A stretch of DNA of 64,000 bases, from positions 6,043,985 to 6,107,984 of the forward strand of contig CAJINV010000003.1 in the NCBI GenBank assembly GCA_905178155.1, written 5' to 3'. Each line of letters starts with the position of its first letter. Position 1 is the stretch's first letter. Made by a program: the position numbers and the translations under genes. This document shows, piece by piece, positions 11,544 through 22,791 of the stretch. The stretch comes from Amoebophrya sp. A120 (taxonomy: Eukaryota; Protista; Dinoflagellata). The notes beneath the pieces were generated by a model. That model made no database searches and had not been told where the DNA came from. It saw only the letters and a list, made by a program, of their open reading frames with translations.

Positions 11544-14500
11544 TTAAGTTTCTACCGGGTTGTAGGCAGTGCGGACCCAGTCGACGTTGCCCCGCACGGG
11601 CAACAGAACCCTCCAGAACCAGTTGGTTCCAAAGATCTGCTTCAAGTTTTCGAGCGGGGAGCCCAGGTCGTAGAAGTAGGGGCCGAGGGGGCAAAAGACT
11701 TGGTCACTGATCTCCACGTACTCGTTTAGTGACGGGAGATTGTACTCCAACGCGGTCACGTTTACGCAGGCAAAATACATCGCCGGCCCGCCGCACGAAA
11801 GGACTACTAGCAGAAACAAAATCTCGAGGCCTGTATTAGAGTGATTCTTCGATTTTTTTATGAAAGAATAGGGTTCGAGTTTTTCTTTTTTCTAATCGCC
11901 TTCGCGTTCGTGTTCCTAACGACTGAGCAAAACATGCATCAAAGAAAACGCTGCCTGATGATAGTACCGGTGAAAATGCACACGTCGACGCCTGCGTGAT
12001 TGACAAGAGCGGTGACAAGGGACATTGCCTCGCGGGAGAGGTACAAAGGGTTCAGGAAAAATGCGTAATTTCCCGCTTGCCACTCTTTCGATGCGGTGTG
12101 CACGCGTTGCTCCAGCAGGTGGGTGTTTTCGCGAACTGCCATCTGCACCGCTATGAAAGCGAAGACGGCGCCCCAAAGTAAAGCGGCGAGCGCGAACATG
12201 TACATCAATACGAAGTGGCCATGGTTATTCACCTGCAGTTTCGGATTTAGATTTTTTTTGTTTTTAAATACAAACAAGGCTGGCCCGGGCGGAGCCCGGG
12301 CGCTCTTGTGGATAGGTCCTACACCTACCGGAACCGGATCACCCAGAACCGGACAACCCTGAACCAGCCGCAGCCGCCATCCAATGCCCCGGCCCGGGGC
12401 ACTGGATGCTCCACGACTTGCTGGCCAATCTTGATCTCCGTCCATCGCCCCGACCCGGGGCGCTGGATCCATGCTGCCCGACCTGCCGGCCAGCCTCGAC
12501 CCCCATCCAACGCCCCGGCCCGGGGCGCAGGAAGGATCCGTCAGGAGCCGGTGGGCACCCCCAGTCGCTCTCCATCCAATGCCCCGGCCCGGGGCGTTGG
12601 ATCCATCCTCCGGTCCGCGACCTGCGGGCCGGGCAATCTTGATCCCCATCCAACGCCCCGGCCCGGGGCGCTGGATCCCCCCCTCCCGACCTGCTGGCCA
12701 ACCGCGACCCTCATCCAACGCCCCGGCCCGGGGCGCTGGATCCGTCGATGGCAGGCGGACAACCCTAGTCGCCTGCCATCCAATGCCCCGGCCCGGGGCG
12801 CTGGATCCTCCACGGCCTGCTGAAGATAAGTAATCTTGATCCACCCCATCCAACGCCCCGGCCCGGGGCGCAGGATCCTCCCGGACCATCGGGCCAGCCT
12901 CGACCCACCCTCCCCACCCCACACAACGCCCCGGCCCGGGGCGTTGTTATTCCATGGTTATTCACCTGCAGTTTCGGATTTAGATTTTTTTTTTTAAATA
13001 CAAATCACAAAAATAACGCACCGAAATATCACATAGACAACTTCAGATCGGAAAAAGAGGTGATCCAGGCTCGTCGTCCTTGTTCTATCGCGGCATCGTA
13101 TTCGTGGTTCGTAAGTGCCATCTGACCCCTTCGCCTTTCGGCTCCAGACTGCTTGTCCCTTCTCGTCGCGACATGCTACAGTTGTTCACATGGTCAGCAG
13201 GCGGCGAGTCACACCACCGAGTTGTTTCCATCCTCGCTGTGCAAGAGAGTCAACAACCGTAGTGATGCAACAACGCAGGTGCTATGTTGCTCTTCCTTTT
13301 TTCGGTGGTGTTTCTGTACCTGTTCCTAGAGCCCACTGGCCCGCCCCTCACGCCTAAAAAACTAAGCCTAAAGGTCGGGAAATCTCGAATCGCATTTGCG
13401 TGAGTTTTGAAGAAGCAACTTTTGGGATCCTGTTTTGCCATGACATGCATGGCTGGGCGCAGCGCGATGTTGATGGTCCTACTGGGCTCTTTTTGGAAGT
13501 ATTGCTACAGGAGGAAGGCAGAGAAGGGGGTAGTTGCTGACTTGTATTTTCACTTCGAGTCCGTCTCGACAAAATAAACGCATGACGAGATGAATGTTCA
13601 GAAACTACCCCCAAGCAAGCCCTCTGAGATGCACGGCTGCGCTTTTTACGTAGCAGCAAGCCCTTCCCCTTCCCCCTGCAGTATGCTTCTTTGTGGCTTT
13701 TTCATTCTTGTCAAAAATGCTCTTTGGTATTGTCGGCGTGGGTTTGGGGACAGTGTGGCAGCGTGACTCCTGAGACCTTAGAGGGGTGAGGCAACATCAA
13801 CCCTCCTACACAGTCGAACATGAGTGAGAACTTCAACACCGCAGCAACTCAAGGAAGGGAGCAGAAGCCGGGCGAAGAAATTCACACCCGAACTTTAGGT
13901 CTCCTGTTTTGGGTCCATTTGTAAAGAAATAAAAAGCGACTCGCTGTGGCCTTTTTTATGCGAAGCGACTCGCTGTTGTCAATACGAAGTGGCCATGGTT
14001 ATTCACCTGCAGTTTCGGATTTAGATCTTTTGGATTTCGGGATACACAACTCTGCGGGGACAAGTACTATCTGTATCTTCATCCGCATCCGGATCCGGCA
14101 CACATCAATAAAAATGATCTTGGGCCGGTACATTGTTTGGAAAGAATCAAAGGACATGGAATTTGACTAATATCTGGGTCTCATGATAGAATCTTCGTAT
14201 GTGCGAAGTGAATATGCACTCTCAACAACAGCATCAACAGAGTGAGAGTTTAGTATCTTCTATTATACCGCGATGACATTTCCGGTGAAGGGGCAGTAGT
14301 GGTCCATACGCAGGACACATCTTCCGGTGATGCTGTCGTGGTGTGATCTCGGGGGCTTCCACACCTCGCACTTTTGGTCCCACCGTGGGGCGTACCAAAG
14401 ATCCAGCGGCTTGTCATCGCACTTTTTGGCAGCCGCACCTTCTCCCTTTCGCTTAGTTTCCAGTTCTGTGTCCATCTCGATCTCCTTGTTCTTCGGCGCG

Positions 14501-15236
14501 CAGCACGGTTTCGACTTGCAACTATCGTCCGTGTCAACGGTTGCGAGCTTGTACTTACCGTTCTTTTTGGGCGGAGGGATGTACTGATCTTTCACAAAAC
14601 CGGGCTCCAGAATCGAGGCCATCACGAAGTTGTACATGATCTGTGTATGTAGATTGGTTTTTTTTAAAGGTTTCGTTTTTGAGTTTCTTTGAGATGTTCT
14701 TGTCGGAGACGTCGTAACTGATGAGCAGTAGTGCTCCTGCTCTGAAAATAGTAAAACTGATCTCATGACGATCCTTCTACTTACATGTGTTAGTGTTTCT
14801 TGAAAAAAAAAGATAAAACTAGCACATGGAAGATTGAACGTTTGACAAATGAAGTCAGTACAAGTACCTGAATGCAGATCCAGAGCGTGAAGGCGTAGGA
14901 AATTGTGTATGCGGTGCCCCATTTCTCCCAGCCCATCTTTTCCCAGATACCGCCGAGCGTGGTGAGCCCCGCGATGGGAGTGCTCGCGACTAGAGACCAC
15001 GGGACAATCTTGAAGCTCCAGTGCATGGTCCATCTTATGCAGCAGGGAAGCTCCTTCCTTCTCTTCTTCGTTTTGTCCCCCACCTCCTGTTTGTTCGCGC
15101 GGAAGCCGCCCGTGCATCCGGTTTGCACCTCGGTGTCGTCGATGCGCTTCGTGGTCGCGGTGGGATCAGCTTCCTCGGCTGGCACGGCCGGGCCTTTGCC
15201 GCCCCGCTGTGTCAGCTCCGTTCCCTGTTGCGTCAT
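11544..15236 (-). CDS. DHHC-family protein S-acyltransferase, DHYC variant (~430 aa)
   Basis: Exons 15236-14868, 14640-14269, 12232-11968 and 11830-11544 join in frame through GT-AG introns. Four TM segments, EPG (DPG motif), KPPRSHH...CVLRMDHYCPFTGNVIAVNNHGHF, TALE (TTxE motif) and YDLGSPLENLKQIFG (PaCCT motif). An extra 3' exon near 11350-11450 is possible. Confidence 0.9.
12253..12951. mobile_element. Non-coding insertion A in intron 2 of the DHYC gene, carrying a hairpin-repeat array
   Basis: Bounded by direct copies of host sequence (ccatggttattcacctgcagtttcggatttagat at 12219-12252 and 12952-12985), each followed by a T-run and aaatacaaa. GC hairpin gcccgggc-gga-gcccgggc at 12283-12301. 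The left boundary is 12275 if the T-run/aaatacaaa belongs to the duplication. Confidence 0.75.
12377..12950. repeat. Array of nine 33-bp palindromic repeats separated by ~28-41-nt variable spacers
   Basis: Consensus CCATCCAAYGCCCCGGCCCGGGGCGCTGGATCC starting near 12377, 12438, 12503, 12572, 12646, 12711, 12776, 12846 and 12920. Spacers differ but share short motifs (gacctgc, aatcttgatc, gccagcctcgaccc, agtcgc). Confidence 0.92.
12986..13978 (-). mobile_element. Insertion B, ~1-kb A-tailed retroposon-like element with a 48-bp target duplication
   Basis: tcaatacgaagtggccatggttattcacctgcagtttcggatttagat is identical at 12205-12252 and 13979-14026. A T10 run (A-tail on the minus strand) is at 12986-12995 and a 14-bp tandem repeat (aagcgactcgctgt x2) at the opposite end. 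No intact ORF. Confidence 0.7.
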
Positions 15237-16778
15237 GTCCTCGACAAAGAGCGAGGTAGGCGTCTGGCAAGCTATTGGCTGGCACTAATAGAAGTGGCGA
15301 CAACTGCTGGCAATCGCAGCACTCCTAATGGGTCTCAACGGCCGCAAGACGTTGCAGTTGGAGGGGCGCTCAATCTCGAGAGACAGATGAGAGTGTAACA
15401 AGTGTTTCTTGGAAATAAGCACCAGTCGCAAGGCCAAGGCAACAAGCTTCGTAGCCGTCTATTTTCAACACTCCTCAAGGTTCATGATATTGCTACAAGT
15501 ACGTACCAACGTGACAAAAGTATCAAAACGTGGTCCGCAAAAAAGGTCGATCAATGGTACATGTAAATGGCCTACTCTACTCGTGCTGCGAAAACGAACT
15601 TTACTCAAAGCAAAACTACATTCAAATCTGCCATATATTACTTACAATACATCGGCAGAAAACAAAACTGGGAGGATGAAAGCTTTTGGTGAAAATTGTT
15701 TGCGAAAAACGTGGTAAGTAGTACACCGATCAGCTCCTTGTAGTTCGGTCGGCGTCATAGCTACATTCAACTCCAGATCCTCCGACGCTCTCGGGTACTA
15801 GGTAAGACCGTCCTCATCTCTCCATGGCGATCACAATTTTTTGCGTCATCAATAGAAGAGGCACAAAGTAACTGATTGTTTTGGATGCTGCACTCCGACC
15901 CTCTGGCAAACCGATGTCCACCAAACATTGATCTTCAGTCGCCCTATTTCGCGACACTGGGCTGGTTTCGTACTATCCAGTCGTGCAACATCAAGATAAT
16001 ATGGAGGCGCTGCTCCTGCGCTGTTCTCATTTGTCCTCGTCTTCGCTGTGGCGAGAACGTGATTGTAATGTAAGGGCCAAGAGCATTTATTGTCGCGTCG
16101 TTGCGAAGATAGTGCATTGCGATAAATCTTCCTTCTGGAGCCTCACAACTTTCACGATCCTAATTTCGGTGAGGTGCGTAGGCGTGCCGTCTGGCGGTGC
16201 GAATGTACTACTGCAGATATCGTACAAGAACTTCTTATTTTGTGGCTGTAGTTCAGTCATATATTTGACGATCCCATACTGTAGCAGGAGCACTTTTATA
16301 GTACACGTAAAACTGAAACTCGATCACCAACACAATTGAATTTTATATTTTTACTGTGGAAAATTCTTCAATATTTTCCAGTAAACAATTTTTCAAAAGT
16401 ATCCATACACAATGCAGAGCAGTGCTGCAACTGAAGATGATTCTACAAGAAAAAATGTATAGACTGGAGCGTTGTGGTATCACTTTTCGGAAACTTGGAA
16501 ACAATTTTCTGGTTGCAGTGCAACCTCCGTCCTCCATCCTTCACAGCGCATCGAGTAGTTCACACGTATACATAAGTTCCCCAAACGAGAAGCAAAAATT
16601 CAACATCAATGCTGTGTATCGTTGTGAGGAAGATGTTACAGAAATTCAGGGCCGCTATAGTAATTTCAACAACAAGTACGACGAGCATTCCAAATCTTTA
16701 AAAAATTTTCCGTGTAAAAATCTCATGACAGGCTTACAAGAAATCCAAACGAACCTGAGTTCTACTTCCTACTCCCGT

Positions 16779-19700
16779 TCAGTAGGCCGCGACTTTTTGG
16801 ACGAGTTCCATCAGGACAGTAGCGCCCTCTGCTCCGTTCAGCGTCGCATGGCAGACGTTCATGGTAAACTTGGCTCTTTTTTCAGCGTCTGTGCGCCCGA
16901 CTCCCAGAATGGCCGTCATGCCCCTCGGCAAAGTTGGATTTACTTCCACCGGCGCATCCTTGCCGAGAGTGGTCAGGACGTAGCAAACATTGGAGAGGTC
17001 TTGGTCCTGGGGTGTCAATTTCGACCCGCGCTCCTTCAAGGCAGCAATGTCCGCAGCTATCTCTGCTACTGATTTTTGATTTACGTCCCGGAGAACCGCT
17101 ACGCGCAGTTGGTTGTCGACTGTGATCGCGAGACCTGGAGTTATTGTTATTCACACGTCTTCTTGCTTTCGACCGTATGAATGTTTTTGGTTTTCTAGTA
17201 TTTCTACAACTCAAAGAACTCTTTCTACTGTCACAAGAATGTAGGTGAGTGCGTTTTTCCTATCTTTGGGTCACTTTTTTCGTGTTGAAAAAATTCAGTG
17301 TCGTGGACTACAACAACCGGGAAAATGAAAAGCTATATACCTAGGTCCACGCTATTGGTTTGCGAGAAGTCCAGAAAAGCCGTCCGCTCCGTGTTCAGTT
17401 TGCGATTCAACTGTGTGGCAGCAATAGCGTCTCCGAAGAGCTTGGCCAGCAGTGTAGTCGGCGAGACCTTTGCTTCCTGCTTCGCCTTGTCCAAAAACCG
17501 GACGAAGTCCACTGTTTCCGACATGCCGAAGGTGAGTGAGTCCGTGGGCTGTACCGTCATGTTTCGCACCATGCTCTTTTGCATCGTTGATAACGCTACT
17601 TCTTTTCCGTTCGTCGACGTGTCCCCACTGGCGTTCTTGTTGTTTCCCAATGCTGCTGCGGGCGGGATAGCATGCAGCTGTGAGCTCACACTGCGAAACT
17701 GGTCCAAGTTCGGCTGTAGTGCCGCAGGCTTTGCGGCTTCGGCGTTGTCGACCTCGTCTAAGGGCAGAATCGTGCAAACCCTAGTGATTTCAGTCACGTC
17801 GATTTCTTCCATCTCTTTGACGTGGAATTCGGCGATCGTTCCCGCCACTTGCGAGACGATCTCAATGCTGGCCTTGTCGGTCTCCAGTTCCGCAATGGCT
17901 TCGTCTGCCTGCACCGTGTCGCCAACTTGCTTCAAAAACCGAATGATTGCGTTCTCCGCCGCAATCGGGGCGAGAACGTCTTCTGGTTCCGCTGAAGTAC
18001 TAGTTGTGGTAGAACTCGAAGAAGAAGTAGAACCAGAACTACTACTAGTACTCGACGTGGTTGGCGCTGCAGACGGATACCCCATAGCTCTACTCGGAGC
18101 TCGTTCCTGAGAAGTACCAACACCCGCATGCACCAAGAATCCCCGTTGCGTCAGCGTTTCTTGCAGGTGATCGGCGTTCAGGAGTGCCGTGCCCAAACCG
18201 TAGGGAACAAAAGCCGGCAGCGGGGTGCATTCCGAAAACACCATGGAGTCCAATGCCGTTGGGGAGAGCTTCTGCACCTTGCGCCTCAGTGCCGCGGCCA
18301 CGGGACCTAAAATTCCGGAGTTCGGGTTCGGGTCCACCAGCAACACCTCGAGGTTCGCGTTCTTCTCGGCTTTGCCCGCCAGTTCCCGCGCCAAGGCGTC
18401 GGGTGCCGCAGCGTAGCTGAGAACGTACAGCGATGTGGCACGCGCCTGCAGCTCATTTGCATGGTCGCTGAGACTCTTCGCAACCCACTTCACGTCAGGT
18501 CCCCAGGAAACGACGACCAGCTCCTTACTTGCGGCTGATGTCGAAGCAGCTTCTTGTGCATCGTGTACATTCTCGGCAATCGAAACGCGCAGGACGTCTT
18601 CGACCCCTAAACCGCGATCGGATTCTCCGATGGGCGTACTGGTGTCAACAACACTCTGTAGTGGCAATTTGGAGTGCAACGCCCCGAACGCGGCGGTGGG
18701 CGCGAAGCACAACACCATCCGTCCCTGATCGTGCAGGTTGACCATGGCGGGTAACATGGCTTCGAACAAGTTCATGTCGAGCGGCAGCGCGCAGGTCGTG
18801 TTTGCGTCCCCGGTGTAGGAAGAATACTCGGGCGTGTTGTGGTGCTCGCCCACACGCGCCAGAATGATGTCGCGGTCCACCATTTCGGTCACCTCGCTGG
18901 AAAGAGATGCCGGCACTTTCTCCCGTTCGCGCACCGCCAAACTTCCCCCATCCATGATGTAAATGTAGTTGGCCTGCTCCCCGCTGTCATAAAAGCGAAA
19001 GGCCCCATATTTCAAGTGATCTCGGGCGTGCTCGTTGAAAATTGTGTGCGGCCCCTTGACGAAAACCAGATTGTTTTCGGGTAAGCTCACACGCAGGCCC
19101 GCTCCAACTTGGGCGACCTGTGCCTCGTTGGGTAGCAAGGCGTGGAAATTTTTCTTCAAAAATTTTTCCGAAACATTATTCAACTCGCCGTAAACGCCGC
19201 CCCGCGTGTCCGCCGTACCGGGCGCGTGGTTTTCTTGGTGCACGTACCGGACGGTCCGGCTTTCCGCTTCGCAGTTTTGCATCACCCGGTCCAACGCGCG
19301 GGCGTAGATTTCGTTGCCGAGCCCCGCAAACCCCGCGTTTTTGGCCCCTTTTCCGCCGGACGATTTTCCCAGCAGGTAACTGGCCGGCAGGTCGAACACA
19401 GCTCCCTTGTCAATGTCCGTGTCGTAGTCCTGCGACACACCGGCGCCCCCACTGGAAGCAAGCGAAAAAATCTGCTGGTTCGTCAACTGCTTGTCGCCGA
19501 TCATAGCGGAGGAAACGGCTTTCTCGATCGCGTCCGTGATCTGTCCCAGTTCGTTGGCCAGGCTGGCGCCGGGGGTACCCTTGTCCGCGGCGGCGACCAC
19601 CTGGTTGAAAATGGTCTGCTTGAAGGTGTCGAACTGGTACAGGAGAAAGGGGTCCGCCCCCGGGTGGCCGTCGGATGCGTGCCCGAGGGGGCGGAAGGGG

Positions 19701-21513
19701 AAGGAAGAAATGCAGTAACTGGGCCTTCCGGTTTCGAGCGTGTCTTCCACACAAGCCCGGATGGCGGCGAGCCCGCCCGCCACGTCTTCCGCCTCCGTGG
19801 TGCGGCCCGCAAACCCGAAACTCGTGAAGCGGTCCTCAATGCGCTTTACCGCCGCGTGCGGGTCGTCCAAGGCAATCCGCGACGAGATCGAGCTGTTGTT
19901 AGCGGTCACCAGGAACACAAGGGGCATCTTCAGGCCCCGCTCCTTAGCCTCGATCGCGTGTTGGAAGGCATGCACCGCGCCATCGGTAAAGGCGCCCGTG
20001 TCACCGAAATTCACGATCGTAAGCCCCGGGTTCGCCTCACCCTCGATGCCCTGCGCGTACAGCTTAGCCGCTTGAAATTCGGTCTCGCGCCTGAGATCGC
20101 AATGGGAAGTACAAATAGAAGTGAGGGATTTCAAAGGAATAAAGTAGAATCGAATAAACGACGCTCGCTGCATAGTGCGGGCGCAAAAGACCACTGACTA
20201 TTCTTTTTTGCGCCAGCTGCACTGTATGAATGCTGCGGGAGGAGCCAGAGTGAGTTAATACAGCAGCACACTAACTAGTAACTACTACAAATACAAACGA
20301 AAAATAAAGAATTTAAATTTCTTCCTACACAGTGCGTTCAATTCAAAATCAAAACTGTGGAAAGAGCACCGCCATAGTAAGTAAGTACTTACCCTAGGTC
20401 GTTGCTTCCAGAGATGATGTGGTGTCCTTGTGGGTAGAAGACGCGAACTAGCGGATTGAAGATAAGCGGGTCCGCCGGATAGTCTCCCGACCAGTACTGC
20501 AAGAAAAAAGCTTTCGCCAAAGCCTCGTACTGCTGGTCTGGCGTAAACCCGAGTCGATCCAGTTCCTCCACCAATATGGGCGTGCGGTAGTAGGTGGCAA
20601 GGTTGAATTTCTCTCGGTAGAAGGTTGGCACTTTGAACGCGGGAACGGTGTGCAGCTTGTCGGCGTGATTCTCCACCTCCAGCGCCAATTTTTGGCGCGA
20701 AAATTCGGTGATTCCCGCGAACATGTGGGAGTAAATGCTGCTGCCCATGGTCGGCAGTGCCAGTGCCGACTTCGCGAAGTTCGCGGATACCGGTTTACTG
20801 AAGGCCACGTTCGTAAAAATCGTTCGCCGGTAGCTGTCTCGCTGCTCCTTGGACGCCAGGAGTTGCTGAATGTTCTCCCGCTGGACGTCGAAGTCTAAGG
20901 TCGTCCCCACTGCTGTTGTGTACGTGGAGGATGTGGATGTCTGTTCGCCAATGACCCCGATCTGCTCAAAGTCGTGCTTCAGACCCTCAATGACCTGGCT
21001 GAAAAATTCCGGAGGCTTGCGGATCATCTTCAAGAAAGTGGCCTCATCTCCATAGCGCACGTACTTGGAGGAAGAGGATGAGGACGACGACGTCGAGCCG
21101 CCATTTCTTGCACTTGTTGCGGATGCGGCAGATGGCGCCGCTGCACTGGTTTGCGCTGATGAAGATGAAGATGCTGCGGAAGATGCCAACACCGATGGAG
21201 CGGCACCGCGGCCTCCTTCTTCCTCTTGCAGAGCCGCAGATGCCGGGGAGGCTCGCTTTTTGCTTGAAAACGAGGACATATAGCGCTGCAACGGAGCAGC
21301 TGCGGACGAAGACGATGTTGACGATGAACTGAATGAAGTTGGACGTTGGTGATGACCTGAGGCGGGAGTCAGCCATTTCAATGTCGACCTTGTCTTCAAC
21401 ATCATGTTCATCGGGGCGACGCGTCGCGGTTCCAAAGACAATAGGGGGGTGTCGCAAAGCGGTCGCGAAGCGCGCCGCAATTTCGCGCGACCACAAGCGG
21501 TGGTCGCTGCCAT
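16779..21513 (-). CDS. Fused 2-oxoacid dehydrogenase: E1alpha + E1beta + lipoyl domain + E2 acyltransferase core in one polypeptide (~1408 aa)
   Basis: Exons 21513-20393, 20090-17341 and 17134-16779 (GT-AG, in frame). Arg/Ser-rich presequence-like N-terminus. E1alpha: TYYR, SNDLG, TPP motif FGDTGA...VTANN, PLGHASD. E1beta: RGGVYG, LPNEAQVAQVGAG, GEHHN. Lipoyl domain: VGDTVQADEAIAELETDKASIEIVSQVAGTI. E2 core: LSTMQKSMVRNM, VDLGLAI, KSVAEIA, LTTLG, AILGVGR, CHATLNGAEGA. Confidence 0.9.
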
Positions 21514-22791
21514 ACTTACAGCTCTTTTTGCTATTTTATTGCAATAGAAGCCGAGAAGATGAAAAAGGTCGTGCGTAATTATATCGCAAAAAAATCAAAT
21601 TCAAACTTGGACTTGCGCCAGCTAGTAAAACTACTACGATTTTTCCAGTACAACAGCGGAGTCGACGCTTGGTTTTCGTACTAACTGCATCAAAACAACT
21701 ATTTTCAAAGAATTGCGAGTGACGAAGCTGATCGATAGACAATGGGCCAAGGGGAACCAGGATGATTTCGCTGCGAGCACATGAAACCGAGAATATCAAC
21801 CGACTGTGCCTGACCTCATTCGGGCGCTTCACCAAAGTGGCGGTGTAGATGAAGATCGAAAGTATTAATTTTCTCGCTTGTGCAGAATTTTTCTCGAAAA
21901 AGTCGAATACACAGCTCCTTGCAATGCGCACGACACTCAGCGACACTCATCCAGGAATCAATCCTTTTGCACCTCGGGCGACTAAATGAATTTCTACAGT
22001 CGTGGTTCTTCAACAAGCTCGGAGTCGGAGGAAACTAAGTATTGAAAGCCGCGCGTGCATCTGACGTGACGAGATCGCTTCCTTCTGCTTCTGCCTGATA
22101 CGAGATTCCGGAAATGCTCTTGACATAGCTACAGCTTTTTCGCATCTACTAAATTTAGATTTGCTATTCCAAAATCGATGAAATGGCGCGACTCAGAGGA
22201 AGTGTTTCTTTGGCGGCAGAGCCAGCGATCGCAGTCAAAACTGAATAAACAGTCGTGCAAGAGGAGCTTAGTTAGGTGGTCTGTCTTGTTTGTTACATTC
22301 ACTTTGTGCGGTTGGTCTGTATCCCCGAGTCGGCTAACCGCTTGTTGTCAAGCACCGCTAGGCTGCGCGAATGAAAAAAGAAAAACATTAAGAACTCGAA
22401 ACGGAAAATTAACCTAAGGAACACACTTCACAACTTTGCTCGTCCTCATATTGAAAGTGGCTAATGGGCAGGGCTATGACAGCTGCTAGAGTTTTTATTT
22501 CATCTGAGAAACATACTTATTTATCAACACGGTGCTCTATTATCACGCATCTTCAACGCTACTAGAAATTAGCGAAGGGGTACTAACTTGATGGTCTTTG
22601 CATCTTTGAAGCACGACTATGAAAAAAATTTTCCAAAAATTATCTAGGAATATCACCACGTCTATTTTACCATTTTGAACTGCTTCGCTTCTCGTCTGTG
22701 TCTGATGTCTGCACGACGACGGGCACAGGCACAATAGAATTATCCGCCTCACTGCTTCCAAGCTCCAAACCGAAGCTCATACAGGGGCGGC

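Noticed and set aside
12377-12950. Annotation as a genuine CRISPR array
   Set aside because: Eukaryotic intron, no cas genes or leader, and spacers share motifs with one another. Kept as a repeat and as a finding.
11939-12965. ORFs of 327, 171, 127 and 120 aa with PAPRAGALDG-type repeats
   Set aside because: Stop-free translations of the GC-rich array in several frames. Only the segment from 12232 downward is a real exon.
13050-13660. Possible restriction-like endonuclease remnant of a non-LTR retrotransposon in insertion B
   Set aside because: Only a vague, frameshifted resemblance (KKEEQH...VVDSL...GW); cannot be supported without a profile search.
15400-16770. Short ORFs (64-118 aa, and the start of a 238-aa plus-strand ORF) between the DHYC and dehydrogenase genes
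   Set aside because: AT-rich, no motifs, mostly non-ATG starts; no consistent spliced model found.
20180-20235. Mini-exon (IHTVQLA) and a small hairpin within intron 1 of the dehydrogenase
   Set aside because: It would need a GC donor, whereas the direct GT-AG join gives SNDLG-RETEFQAAKLYA in correct E1alpha register.
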